In this document: positions 27,020 to 41,607 of the stretch, piece by piece
Layout of the letters: every line of letters begins with the position of its first letter
Position numbering within the stretch: the stretch's first letter is position 1
NCBI GenBank assembly: GCA_951406725.2
Contig: OX597825.1
Location: 65,162,001 to 65,226,000, forward strand
Direction of reading: 5' to 3'
Length of the DNA: 64,000 nt
DNA from: Octopus vulgaris
Lineage: Eukaryota
Notes under the pieces: generated by a model
Database searches by the model: none
The model's input: the letters and a program-made list of their open reading frames with translations, nothing else
Told to the model about the DNA's origin: nothing
Position numbers and translations under genes: made by a program

Positions 27020-28149
27020 TTAATATTATATGCATATCGCATCTTTCTGAAGCTACTGTAACGAAAGAACATTTGAGATTTAATACCAATATGTGGACCG
27101 TTATTGATTAAATCGTGAAAGGTGCATTGTTGCATCTTTATAGAATAACGTAAGGTATTGATAGGATATACCTTTCTCTATTCAGGTTCCTTTTCATTTA
27201 AATTGCTCATATTATTAAACACGGGCGTCATTGACGTACGATTAGACAACGAATCTTCATGTATAATATCTATGCTCTTTGTTTTCTTTCATATATCTAA
27301 ATATTACACAAAAAGCGTTTGTCATAAAAGAAGATATTATATCATAGGGTATTTTAAATGTCCGACTGTTGTAGTAGTAGTAGTAGTAGTTGTTGTTGTT
27401 GTATTAGCTATCCAAATACATAATCTCACATTTCGTGAAAGCCGTCAAAGAATGTGAATATATAATTAGCTTAGAAATATAAGTTTCGAAAGTTAGATAT
27501 GCCAGCTAAGAAATAATTGACACATATTATCGCTAGAAACTAGTCTGAACTACATCCGATCCAATCCAAACACGAGTCTTTCTGTCACATTACAATGCTA
27601 ATATGTAGCGGGAAAAGGGAAAGAGAACGATTTATCAGCATTTTGAACCCATTGAGTTTTGTTACTGCCGAAACAAGTATTTCTGCAAAGATTAGCAATA
27701 TTTATTTCAGCATCAGGAATAAACTTGTATCAATATTTGGATGAAATACAATACATCAGAGCAGTGAACAAGATCATAAAATAAGCCTTTATAATACTCT
27801 ATAATACTATATCAATGATATGTATGTAAACTATTTACAGTTCTATAAAATATCATGTATGTAAAATAAAAAGGGCAGCATTAAAAGGGAGAGGAGTCGA
27901 AGGTCTGTTAACTGATGATCGCAAACTAGAAACCTTTTGAGGTCACCGACAAATTCTATATAATCTAAATATGCTTCTTCACATTTTCAAAAAAAGATAT
28001 AGATTTCTACCGTGAGCAATGCCAATATTCATTCATTTATGATATGATATCGCATATGTGAAAAAGGTTGGACTCTGCCATCGAAGACGACGTGCAAGTG
28101 TTCAGATTTTCTGAACGACCAATACAAATGATTTTTTTATAGGGATCAA

Positions 28150-28345
28150 CTGCCTATGCTGTACGTTAGCTCATTCCCTCCATCAAGTCGCCTTGCCTGA
28201 AAAGGTGCGCAGTATGCCACTTATCAAGTGTCGATGTGATCGTAAGACAACATGAGATTAAATCTTTTGCTCAAGAACACAACGCACCAACCCTTCTTGG
28301 AATTAAAACTACGATCACACAATCGTAAATACAACACCCTAATCA
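28150..28345 (-). mobile_element. Old SINE type D-like copy
   Basis: ttgctcaagaacacaacgcac is the reverse complement of the type D core gcgttgtgttcttgagcaa. A similar copy lies at 36300-36445. Confidence 0.6.
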
Positions 28346-28424
28346 CCCCCCAATTAATATGTCTAAATAGACGATTGAAGATTGAACGAAGATTTTTTAC
28401 CTTTTGCATCTGTGACAGCGTAAG

Positions 28425-28987
28425 TAGTTTGTGAGAAAACCTGGATATACGTGACATCAGACATAGCGTGCAAGAGACAAGACGGCGCTGGTATGGCCAT
28501 GTAATGCATATGGATGAAGTTGATTGCGTCAAGAGGTGTCAATCTCTAATTGTAGAGGAAACGTGCGATAGGGGTAAGCCCAGATAGACGTGGGACGAAG
28601 TGGTGAGAAAGGATCTACAAACATTAGGACTCTTAGACGTGATGACAAGGGTCTAAGACTCCTGCCAGTTTGCCGTACTTGAAAAGATACGTCAAGCTAA
28701 GTACAAGCACGGTTGCCCTTACACACAACCCTCTCCAGCTGAGCATCCTTAACCTTGCGAGCTTGTAGGTGTTGGTTCTATGTTAAAATGCCCCGTGTTG
28801 AAGCTGCCGCTGCTATGTAAAAGTACCCAGTACACTCTGTAAACTGATTGATGTTAGGTAGGGTAGCCAACCGTAGAAAGCATGCCGAAACAGACATGGC
28901 GTCTCAACAACCCTTCAGCTGTTCAGTTCCTGCCAAATCGGCCAATTCTTACCAGCGTGAAAAACGGATGTTAAATGATGATGATGA
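28425..28987 (+). mobile_element. RTE (BovB-like) LINE 3' end: ORF C-terminus, 3'UTR and (TGA)n tail
   Basis: From 28441: LDIRDIRHSVQETRRRWYGHVMHMDEVDCVKRCQSLIVEETCDRGKPR*TWDEVVRKDLQTLGL (WYGHV and RGKPR..W motifs). Ends ggatgttaaatgatgatgatga. Confidence 0.9.
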
Positions 28988-30588
28988 AGTGGAGGAGAAG
29001 GAAGAGGGGGAGGAGGATATTTAGTATCATTCTATTCATTACAGATTAAACAGTAGCGTATATTCTTCAAAAAAATAATTCGAAACAAAATATATATATT
29101 TAAATTAAATAATTTATTACCCATAATTCTAATATTATATCGGTAAGAGGATTACGAAATCATGTCTCATGGTGATTTTGAAATCCGTTGCTGAGGATTG
29201 TATCTTTGAGAAAATCAGTAAAAGAAATTAAAGCGCCTTAAAAAACAATTGTAACGTTGAATAATTACGTAACCAATTTATATGAACAATTAAAACCTCA
29301 GATAACCATCGTGAAAAAGTATTGAAAAATGTTATTTTCGAGCCATAAATATTTTAAGTGGTATAATCATTGCTTGAAAATCCGGGATCAAAATATTCGT
29401 GGTTATTCAGAATATTAAGCCTCGTGATAGTGCATGCTTTAAAATAAAACGGCATTAATAATTAAACAGCATCAGTAAAATTTCTGTAATCCTTCCTGGC
29501 AAGAAAACGAGGGATACTAAAATGAGATATTTTGCTGTTTTATTGTTCAGTGACAATTTTTTTCAATAGCAAAATTCATGTTTACAATATTGATAAATTT
29601 TGGTTTTTATTTTGATAGTTTGTGACATCGCTTGTTAATAATAAGCGTTAATATACAAATTGATGCTAATATATTAATAGCCGTTAAAATATTAATGCGT
29701 TTTAGAATAAAATTTTTGTAACAACTATTTTTATTAGAAATGGATTTCAATTTTGTAAAATTTCTTGTTTCCTGACATGTAAAACGTTTTGCACGTGGTG
29801 TTGATTTGAGCGGCCAGAGAGGCAGTCAGGTTATTGTAACAAAACTCAGTAAAGGACTTTCTATGAACTCGGTCAATGAGCTAGATATAGCAGACAAATC
29901 ATGTTTTATCATACTAAAAACATTGAATGTCTCTAAAAAATACTACAGAAATCCTGAGAATAGGTTATATTTGATCAAGATCAGGGCCCAAATCCTACGT
30001 AAAATACCGTCTATCTAATCCCAAATTTTAACATAAATTTATGATTTCCTTATGTGCCCTGGTCATAACACCAACTTGAACTTCTAAACTGATGTCTCTT
30101 GAGATCTCTGGGTAAGATTTGGAGTCGACTTGAACTAATAAAAAGCAAAAGTCAAACATATAGAAATAATGAAATTAATGTCGTATTTGTGAATTTTTCG
30201 AATACGAAATCAAGTATAGACACCACTGGAGTTCAAGATGGAGATACGTTCGTTCATTAGCAATGATTTCAAAAATATTCATGGATATTTAAGCAACTTA
30301 ATTTTCACAGATTGTGTTGACAAATACATGTTTCCACTAACACTCAAACAGTCAAAAAAAATCGCATATACACATCCATGCTCTCGTGTAAAAATATGTT
30401 AAATGTATAACGTGTGTAACCTGTCATTTGTACAAAATTGCATATATAAGTGAGTGTAGCGAAAAACTGGACAAAATGGTTAACTGCAGACATTAATATA
30501 TCTGAGTGTGTGTGTGTGTATGTGTGTGTACGTATATAAGTGCTCAAATATGCGTCTATATGAATACATACGTATATATATATATATA

Positions 30589-30620
<32 letters not shown>

Positions 30621-30765
30621 AAGATATATATATATACGCATATATATATCTATATAGATATACGTATGTACATATATACGCATATATATGTATATATACG
30701 TATGTATATATACGTATGTATATATGTATATATATATACGCATGTGTATATATATACAAACAAAC

Positions 30766-30800
<35 letters not shown>

Positions 30801-30987
30801 TATGTGTATATACATATGTGTGCATATATACATATTAATGTGCACGTGTGCACATATGTATACATATATGTGCATGCATATACATTTATGTATATATTTA
30901 TATATGTATCTACATATGTATATATGCATCTACATTTATTAATATATATAATTATATATGATTACATATAAACGTGCATATATACTC

Positions 30988-31040
<53 letters not shown>

Positions 31041-31830
31041 TACATATCTTTACAATGTATTATATATCAATATCAGTATATATGTACATACATACATATA
31101 AATACATAAAGCTCCTACAAATATGTATGTGTATGAATACACGTTCATACACACACAGACACACACACACACACACATATATATACACTGCATATATAAT
31201 ACCGCCATTTCGTGTCCTCGCAAAATATAAACTAGATTAGCTGCCGTTACGTTACTTTGTTCTTTATTATATTCTGTATAGCATTTATATTTATTATATA
31301 AACCACTCCTTTACGACTGTTAAGTTTGTCTTCATATATGATGCGTTCCATTATTTTACCATTGAGTTTTGATAATACTGCTGAAAAGCATTATATTTTG
31401 CACGCTTCTTATTATTATTACCTCTATTTTATAACCATGTACTGTCTCAAAATAGCATTATTCCCGTATAACCTGTTATTTTTTAATATATACCCATATG
31501 CATATAAATATATATCTATATTTTTACTTGCGTTTTAGTTCTTTCTTTGGAGGATACAGGTATTTATCATTCTTTATATTTTATGTCCCTATTCGTCTGT
31601 CACTGTCCGGTCTTTATTAACTGATATATGTTTTAATATCTATATTTGCTTGACATAGTTTCATATTTTCATGTAGTGTTCTTTATATTTATTTTCCTAT
31701 TTCATCATATGCATGGGCGAAAGATTCTTTACAATAATAGTAATAATAATAATAATAAATAAGAACAATATATTAATGATATAACAACAATAAGAATATT
31801 AATATAATGACTATTATTATCATCATCATC

Positions 31831-31889
<59 letters not shown>

Positions 31890-31902
31890 CATCATCATTA
31901 TA

Positions 31903-33015
31903 TTTTCTCCTGAGTTGCAAACGTCATGTCTCAGCTCAATCTCGCTGCTTAGAGTCGCAACATTTTTCTCAAGTATTGTTGCAAACTTAGCACTATCTCT
32001 GAAGTTTGATATTTGTAGCTTTTAATGCTTGAATAGTGCTTCTTTTGAGATGGCTCCTAGTGACCCATTTACAGTAGGTACTCACTTTAGAGGACTCTGT
32101 GAAAATGTTTCACTTCCAATGCAAGGTCTTCGCCCTTTCCAGCTTTCTCGCCCCCCGTCTTCATGATATTCTGGGCTGCAAGTTTACCCACGTTAATGAA
32201 GGTCCTTTCTTTGGAATCCTTCTGTTATCTGTCCTCTTATTTTGCAGTTATTATCTGTACAGATTGGTATATCCAATGTGAATTCTACTAGATCGTTCTC
32301 TGCAGCACACAAAGGCTGTTACTCAGACGATTTGTTGGAATATTCTATACCAGGCTTCCTGCACAGTCCCCAGTTTATTTGCATGTCATGTTGTCATGGC
32401 GGTTTTTATTCTCCTTCTAAGACAGATTTGAACATCCACTTATTGTATATCTAATATGTATCACGTGACTTTTCACATAACCTACGCGAAGGTCATATTG
32501 CGGTTTTATCAATGCAACACTTGATTCAGTTGCTTCCTAAAGTTTATTCCTGAGCAGTAAGAATCCGTCCTTCTATCTCCTTCTTTAAAAACCACGTGTT
32601 AACCACTTCCAGAATTCTTCATCAGCTTCATTCGATATTTGTTAGAAAAATTCTCCATGTAGAACTTTCTCTTTCCAGTTGAGCTTTTCTCTATTAGCCC
32701 TAATTGTGTACTCTTGGAGGCTCTCACCATTGCCACTGATCATCCTCGTACTCAGTACGGCCTGCAAAATTCCTGAGACACGCGTGCAAGGACGTGATCT
32801 CCTTCATAACACTATCCTTTATTCCAACCAATCCTCTTCCCTTTTCTTTCCAATGTAAGTAAAGCCTCGCTACGTTACTTCTAGTTTGAATAGTCATTAT
32901 CTTCCTAGTTTTTCTACCGACGTTGACAAGCCTACTTTTGTCAATCACACAACCAACGCCTGCGCAGGAGTGTGCCAGATGTACAGCCCGGGCGATGATA
33001 GCTCTAAACATTCAC
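31903..33015 (-). mobile_element. Decayed Dong/R4-like non-LTR element (RT C-terminus, CCHC knuckle, restriction-like endonuclease) in (TAA)n
   Basis: RKTRKIMT..RSNVARLYL..KEKGRGL (ORF 32724-33011), RLCEKS..ISGCSNL..RHDN..WGLCRK, ENDL..DIPICTD, VPTVNGSLGAISK, LRKML. (TTA)n on both flanks. Confidence 0.8.
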
Positions 33016-33072
33016 CCATCATTCACCTTGGACCTCATAGCTTTTCACTTTTCTGATATGTTGTTGTTATTA

Positions 33073-33137
<65 letters not shown>

Positions 33138-33510
33138 TCAATAAATTGGGTAGATTCATAGCTTGAGATAAGCAAAGGAAGTTGTGACATATATATCACA
33201 ACTCTTATATACGAAAAGCAACATGAAAAAATATGAAAATATCAAATATAAAAATACTTAATAATTTGCATGCTGTAATTCATATACATTATATAGAAGT
33301 GTGTGTGCGTGCGCATGTGTGTATGTTCGTGTTTGTGGGTACCTTCGTGTATGTGTGTATGTGTATATAGCTATTAATCGTATGAATTATAATTTGGGGT
33401 GGAAAACTAAAGCGTGTTTCATATTTTCTTCTGTATAGTTTACCTAAATGTGACTATTGTCACCAAAGTTATCGTTGCTTAAATGTAACCCCACAGTTTT
33501 TAGATATTTG

Positions 33511-34185
33511 TATATTGGTGAGTGAAAAATAATGCCATTTTGTTTAGGACAGATATAATTCCCAACATAGGAATATGTATCATACATCAAAAGAAAGCTG
33601 GTCCTCTATGGATCACACCCCTACTCCTCAACATAGTTCACAATTCTCTCAATAGTAATGTTCCACCTTTGAATGAGAGCATGTATCCCTGCCCCGTAAA
33701 ATTCTGCTGACTGTTTTTGAGTCAATTCTTCACTACAGTTTTCACTTCCTCGTCACTGGAATACTGTTTGCATCTCAAAGCCTCTTTCATGAGGCCGAAT
33801 ACATGATGGTCCAGTGACGATGTTAGTCCATTGACGAGGAAGGGAAAACTGTAGTGAAGAAATTGCTCAAAGAACAGTCAACAGAATTTTACAGGGCAGA
33901 GATACATGCTCTCATTCAAAGGTGGAACATTACTATTGAGAGAAGTGTGAACTATGTTGAGGAGTAGGGGTGTGATCCATAGAGGACCAGCTTCCTTTTG
34001 ATGTATGATACATATTCCTATGTTGGTAATTATATATGTCCTATTGAGAGAAACCGTGACTATGTTGAAAAGTAGGGATGTGATCCACAGAGGACCAGCG
34101 TCATTTTAATGTATGATACATGTTCCTGTATTGGTAATTATACTTGTGCTAAACAAAATGGCATCACTTTTTGACTCACCCTTGT
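33511..34185. mobile_element. Mariner-derived foldback element made of two 3' ends
   Basis: TIRs ggtgagtgaaaaataatgccattttgtttag and ctaaacaaaatggcatcactttttgactcacc. 33833-33967 encodes DEEGKTVVKKLLKEQSTEFYRAEIHALIQRWNITIERSVNYVEE* (mariner transposase C-terminus), mirrored on the minus strand in the left arm. Confidence 0.9.
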
Positions 34186-34508
34186 TCATTGACAATTTTG
34201 TTTGTACTCTGATCGTGGTCTAAATTCTAATATTTCTTTTATTCGCTACCCTTCCGATTATCATGTCGATAGCATTGTTTGGGTGCATGTGATATATTTA
34301 TGATATGTATTTTTCCAGATTTTTGTACTCACAGCCACAAGTGATGGCAGTTATTCCGGTGCATATACTGGCTAGATCTCTCGTGCTTCTGATTATATTC
34401 ATATATGATTACTTTCACGACATTCTTAGTAATAAGAAGAACAATAGAAACAAAAACAACAGTAGTAGTAGTAGGTGTAGTCATTATTATTGGAAGTAGT
34501 ATTATTAC

Positions 34509-34575
<67 letters not shown>

Positions 34576-36299
34576 GTTGTTGCATTATATCGTATTAAAT
34601 CCTCCTATGCAATCACAAACGCAGAAAATACCACAAGTACCTCCAGGCATGTTCTATAGAGTTACCACTAAGTAACATAAGACAACACGTGATTTGCACA
34701 CAATTTGAAAAATAAATATCCTTCTCTGGTACATCAAAGCAAACTTCATGCTGTATAATAACACAATTCTGTATTTCTAAATAAAATATTGCACATACAC
34801 CGCAGGAACAGAGAAGTGCACTGCTGTTATAGTAGACGCTCTCACGAAGTTGATGAAAACCTTATGATAACAGTTATATCAATAATAAGTAATATCTAAC
34901 CTGAAAGCAGGACTACAAAATGTCATGCTAAGGCGATGCCAAAAAATCCCTTTGTAGACAATAAATAATCAATGCTGAAAAACATAAAGAAAACTGAAAT
35001 TATGGTTATAAAGCGAATGTTTTGAAAGCTGCACCGAAGTATTTTTATTAGTAGCAAAAAATCCTTCCCAATGAAAACTACTAAACGTATATGAAGCTGA
35101 ATACAAATATCACTGAAGATTATGGAAACAGTATATTTTATTATCTTTGATAGATAACAAGCAAAAGCACGCCTGAAGATCGCAAATGCATGAAACTCGA
35201 GACGCCTACGCGAGAAATTTATTAATAAATAATACGCTATAATTTTATTAAATAATCTCTTTCTATAACAAAGTAGTATATTTGAACATACGTAAGTACG
35301 CACGTACATACTTTCATTCCTTTCAAACGATGATCAAACTGACAATTTATGACGTCATGGAGAAATACTGCAAATACATTATATTAACTTACGCTTCACA
35401 CAATCTTAGTGAATGAGAAAATAAGTAAGCTCTAGGATATGCGAATTTATAGAGGCAGTGAAGCTAAAGAAAATCTACCAGAGGTTTTTGTCAATTAACC
35501 ACAGGACAGAATATGTCTCCCAACTTTTGTATGAGTTTCGTTGGAATATAGTGTATCTCTAAAACAAATTGATAATCCAAATCAAAATTTAACAAATAAA
35601 AACTGAGATACGAAATTGTGAAATACTTGAAATATCGTAAACATAATCAATACTTGTAATAAAAGATACTTTGAAATTATTAACACCAATGTTACAGACA
35701 CAGACACAACCTAAATGGTAGATTTTGCACTTATACGTAACATACAGATTCTAGTACTACTAGATATTATATACAACTTAACTAGTTTATATTTAATATA
35801 AGAGAATTAAACAGAACAAAGCACGAAACAAGGCAAAACACCCCACCTATGAAAATATAAGATGCAGCCGTGTATTATGCAGTAAAAACATATGTAAACG
35901 CAATATGATAGATTCCCTGTTAAATGTGTGCAATTGATTATATCAATCCAGTACTTGCACTTATTCTTTCGACCCAGTAGGTATGAAAGTCAAAGCTGAC
36001 ACTGACGAGGTTTGGCCCAACAAATTAATGTCCCTTATATAATAAAACTGTTTCTTTCGTACAGATTCCTCATATTCACTGTCTAAGGGGAGGAATAAGA
36101 GAGGTATCGGTCCCTGTCGATGGATATGAAATCACAAAGTGAATATATTTGCTTATATATTTGGTAGTATCTAGTAGTCCGAGAAAGACTGTTCTGCAAA
36201 TTCTTGCTGAATAACTTGCACAAAGGATTCGCTTATAGTGATCAAATCTATCTACTGTACATTGGCACACTTCTTCCATCAAATCGATGTTGGCTGTAT

Positions 36300-36445
36300 A
36301 GGTGCACAGTGTACCATTCATCAGGTGTTGAAGTGATTGCAGAGCAACGTGAAAAGAAGTGTTTTGTTCAAGAAGTTAACGCATCACCCGGTCCAGGAAT
36401 TGAAACCACGATCTCTAATCACTAGGAAACGCGCTCTCGACTCAT
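36300..36445 (-). mobile_element. Old SINE type D-like copy
   Basis: gagcaacgtgaaaagaagtgttttgttcaagaa...caggaattgaaaccacgatc matches the reverse complement of 45975-46070. Confidence 0.65.
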
Positions 36446-38976
36446 TACTTATATACTGTACTCTCTTGCATGACTTCCTACAATTTCTTCTACCTCACAT
36501 GCAAAGATGGAATCTGAAATCCTGTCTTTATTTAATATTTCGGTGTCAGCTTACGTAAATATCTGAATATTTTCTGATCTCTTGCGCAAATTAAAAAGAA
36601 AAAGAAGCAATAGTGTATTCAAGAATGTGATCTAATGAAATTTCTCAAGAATATCCGAATACACATGAAAAATACATTTGAACACGGATTTGTATTAAAT
36701 TAAGCATATATGAAGCAAATATTAAATTGCATTTATTATACACACCGAAATATATAGCTGAACTGAAGCATGTAACGCACGGACATGTAGACATGCGATA
36801 TCATGTAATGTTCCGTTCCACACGATGATGAAGTCGATGATGATGGTGTTGGTGTTAGTGTTGGTGATGGCAATAATGATATTAAATTAGGCATATGTTA
36901 TATTAATTCATTTTTAATAAGACAATCTAAATATATATCTAATATTTAATATGATCATGCATAGAATGTACACAGAAGTTATTATAGTGTAGTCATGAGG
37001 AAAGGTATGATGCATGACTTTTGCAGGCTCATAGAAACTGGCAAGGTTAATATTCCGTTTCAACATCTATAAGACGGCAACCGCTGAAAATAATGTGGAC
37101 GTGAAGTGATTACGAGGTGGTTAACATTCTCGAAACGAATAATTCTGTAGGTGGATAGTCGGCGTCTGGAGGGATAGGAGTGATATTATTAAAAACGATA
37201 GGTGAAGCGTGTGGTACCAGGTTGCATTTGTAAGCACTTGTCTGCTTTTGAGAAACATAAGCGTTTGAAATAATAGTATAATGGATCTGGACAAGACTGA
37301 AATTCTTGAAAAAGATGTTGATGCTATTATATTTTCGTTCGTAGTTAGCCCTGATCGAGCAAATCTATGACCAAGGTATTTCTACCCGTGGCCATCCTCT
37401 TTTAACTCTTATGTGGTTGGAACACAGAAACGTAATATCCGCCGTCTTTTTCTAAGATTGTAGGATGATATTTGCCAATACGTTAAGCTACTATTTCTAG
37501 CAAATCGAGGGATCATATAAAAGTGTCTCAGAGAGCATACAGAGGGCTCGGTAATGAATTTTGTTGTATGTTGGTGACTATACATCTTCAAAACAATTGA
37601 CTGTTGACATTTCTGGTTTAGTAAAAGGCATTGAAATACGTACAACAACATCGACATATCTGATCAATATTTAGTCCTCCTCTACAGACTATACATAAAC
37701 TTAGAGAAGGTTTGGTGGGTATCAGAAAATTAGCCATTCACTGTGTTCAAAGAGTTGGACTTGTAGTTTGGATACAGTCTTCACTACGTTATGCACGTAG
37801 TCTTAATTGAAGAAAATCGTGAATAAATATGAGTTTCAACAACTGCGGTTGTTTCTAGATAGTTAACTGAGATCTTGCTAAGATGAGACATGGATGCTCT
37901 GGGATATTTTTATTTGCTATGCTTTCCAATGCAAATATGTGTCACATAAAGTTCCATACTGTAAGGATTACGGTAATAGTAATGTTACTCTGTTACTCAT
38001 ACTGCTAGTAGTAGTAGTAGTAGTAGTAGTCCCAAGAAAATTATTATGATTATATTTCGAATATGCCTTGGCAACTCTGACACAAAACTATCGCATTCAA
38101 AATAAATAGAGACTACTAAGGAAGGAATACAGTACTTCAATTAGACAAGTATTATGAAATAATTAGCTGTAAGGATGTATAAAATACTTTACAAAATCAA
38201 TACACAAATTACTACAAAACACGAACGAAACATAAAGAGTTGTTTTCTGTCTTCAAGGAAGCCATCAAATACAAGCAAAAACTGACGTGACAGACAGCTG
38301 TGATGAGAAAGGAGAAAGTGCAACAGATATTGAAAAAATCTTCGCAGACAAATTTAGAATTGTCTACAGAATGGTATGTTAAAATGACGAGAAGAAATGC
38401 CTTAATCTGGCCAATACCCGAATGAAGTAACGTAGCAGAAATAGACGAAATATAATCGCAAAACTACTTTACAAAACATAGGATTCAATAATAAAATTGA
38501 TGGAATTTCCACTGAGGCAGACAATCAAACTTTTCTTATCATGAACCATGAAATTTATTTAATGAAACACAAGTAATGACTGAGTACGTGGCAAATGGAA
38601 TGAAATAATCAAACACGACCTCTGGTTATTCAGTTTCATACAAGAGACTCTAAGTACATGCGTAATAGAAATGAAGCTTTCAAATATCTAGGAATGGCGT
38701 TAACCTAAAGAAAACCAGCAGAAAAAAGTGGTATAGCGATATTCTAAATAAGATACCAGACAACGACAGCGCATCCTAAGAAAAATCGAAGGTAAAGACT
38801 AACTGACCGGATATTGTCAAAGACACCAGGAAAGGAATTATCTATTAAGAAAAATATGATGCCCACTAGATAACATTTGACGGCTGGATGGTATATCAGC
38901 CGAAATGTTGTGTTAGCAACAAAAAAGATGAGGACAAATATCCGTCAAACGTAAAAAAGTAATGTAAATGATAGCA

Positions 38977-39054
<78 letters not shown>

Positions 39055-39879
39055 AATAATAATAATAATAATAATAATTTGTGTTTGATAATAGTGATGA
39101 TGATTTTCTTGCATAGATCAATACTAATAATTGAGCGAAACCAACAATGTTTACAGTTACTGAAGACAAAATATGTAACATTTCCTCTATATGGATAGTT
39201 GTAAAGCATTTGAAAGAATGTTAAATGCTTTTCAACTATAGAAAATTTTAAAATGTCAAAACAAAGAGAATTACAAGATATATCAAATGTGGAACTTAGA
39301 AGTAAAACCTATCCATGGCAACTAATTCGGAACACTCAACTGAGACGAAATTAGCCAGAGAAAAAATTGTGGTAAAACCATGTATCAAATTTAGCTTATG
39401 ACAACAACCCGGCTATCATTTGGGGGATGCCTGTCCCGACTGTCAAAACATCAAAGCAAAGCTTTCTCGGGTCAAATTTTCGAGCAATGTGATATTCTCT
39501 TCTTCGAATATCACGTCGAAGCTCTCTCTTTTCCCTTAAAGCGGCTCGTATCGCGATGATCATTGAATCACAACATGGCTCAAAACACAACTAATTTAAA
39601 TTCTCCAATAGTTCTCACATACTGAACAACTGCCAAAGGGACATTATATAATATATCCCTACTGATACAACAAATCTTAAATAAGCACCATACAAAAGAT
39701 AAAATTCACATAGCATAAATTCTACAAAAGAAACAAACAAAACAGATGAATAGCATTACTATAATTCCCACTTATGTAGTACAACCAAAATACTTCACTA
39801 AGAAAAACCAAAGTTGCATAAAAATATAATGATAGAAACGGTGGTGACGGGAAAGTTGGAATTATTGAAAATAACCGGG

Positions 39880-39914
<35 letters not shown>

Positions 39915-40058
39915 CTTTCTAACATATGATAATACTTCTACCATAGGCACAAGGCCTGACGATTAGGGGGAAGGGCTATAAAATGACACTTATTTTTATT
40001 GAACCTGAAAGGATGAAAGGCAAAAACAAATTCAGCGGAATTTGAACTCATAAATATA

Positions 40059-40290
40059 TATTTCTTTATTGCCCACAAAGGGCTAAGCACAGAGCGGACA
40101 AACAAGGACAGACAAACGAATTAAGTCGATTATATCGACACCAGTACACAACTGGTACTTAATTTTTCGACCCTGAAAGGATGAAAGGCAAAGTCGACCT
40201 CGGCGGAATTTGGAACTCAGAACGTAGCGGCAGACGAAATAGGGCTAAGCATTTCGCCCGGCGTGCTAACGTTTCTGCCAGCTCGCCGCC
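40059..40290 (-). mobile_element. Full-length SINE type C, adjoining an older type C copy (39935-40050)
   Basis: Minus strand ggcggcgagctggcagaaacgttagcacgccgggcgaaatgc...gggcaataaagaaata. Confidence 0.95.
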
Positions 40291-41114
40291 ATATTTCTAG
40301 TATATAATGATGCCACTTATTCTCGAAGAGGATATAATCGTATATTATCGACCTCGCTACATGACATTTATTTTAGCGACCTTGCAAACATAAAAGGCAA
40401 TGTTATTCTCATTAGGATTCGAAGTCAAAGCGAAAAGTGACAAAGCACCACGATTCGTCCGTTAATCTATCGAATTTGTCAGCCACCCAATAGCAACAGA
40501 AAGAAAAGCTGGTAACAGTAGAATTAGCTAAATTAGAAATCAATAAATTTTCCGATATTTTATTAAACATAAATCAATTTTATGTATTTTATGAAACATG
40601 AATTCAGTGACATAAATGTGGTGTTTCCATAGAAGGACACTAAAATCCTATAATAATTTTCTAGAAATTTGGCACAGAATTCAAACAATGTTTACATAAG
40701 TGGTGCAAGTCTTGCATATATATATATATACACTATTATATGCACGGAAATTATTTAAACAGCTTATTTTTTAAAAAGCTAAAGACACAACTATGAGTAT
40801 AATCATTTTGATTAAATATTTATGTTTCCTTAATAGACGTCATGGATTATAAAGACTAAAAATATTGCTAAGTATTTTAGCGATGCAAAGCCTTCTTCGT
40901 CAACTTTATAATGAATTTAGAACAATAGAACACTCTTTTCCGTTTTGCAGTCGGCATTAAAGGACGAAGGGAATTCTGCTGAAACTGCTAAAATCCTCAG
41001 CGCCGCATACTAAATTGTTGAATATTTAACCAACTTTCATTCAATATATTATTTCGTCTGCGCTATATAATTACGAATTTGTGTCTACTGGGATTTGCGT
41101 ACACCTAGACACAA

Positions 41115-41176
<62 letters not shown>

Positions 41177-41282
41177 GTAGAAAGACTCATATATATTTAC
41201 ATATATGTATATATTCACACACACATATATATAAATATATATATATGCATTTAATATATTTACATATCTATATGTATATATA

Positions 41283-41513
41283 TATTTCTTTACTACCCAC
41301 AAGGGGCTAAACACAGAGGGGACAAATAAGGACAGACAAACGGATTAAGTCGATTACATCGACCCCAGTGCGTAAGTGGTACTTAATTTATCGACCCCGA
41401 AAGGATGAAAGGCAACGTGGACCTCGGTGGAATTTGAACCCAGAACGTAACGGCAGACGAAATACGGCTACGCATTTCGCCCGGCGTGCTAACGTTTCTG
41501 CCAGCTCGCCGCC
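41283..41513 (-). mobile_element. Full-length SINE type C with TSD tatatgtatatata
   Basis: Same consensus as 40059-40290; repeat at 41269-41282 and 41516-41529. Confidence 0.95.
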
Positions 41514-41607
41514 TTTATATGTATATATAAATGTATTAAATGCATATATATATTTATATATGTGTGTGTGTGTGAATATACATATATATATATAGTTGCA
41601 TAAATTT

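Noticed and set aside
38040-38880. A-rich stretch with an EAFKYLGM motif, possibly an old LINE
   Set aside because: A single short motif is too little to define family or boundaries.
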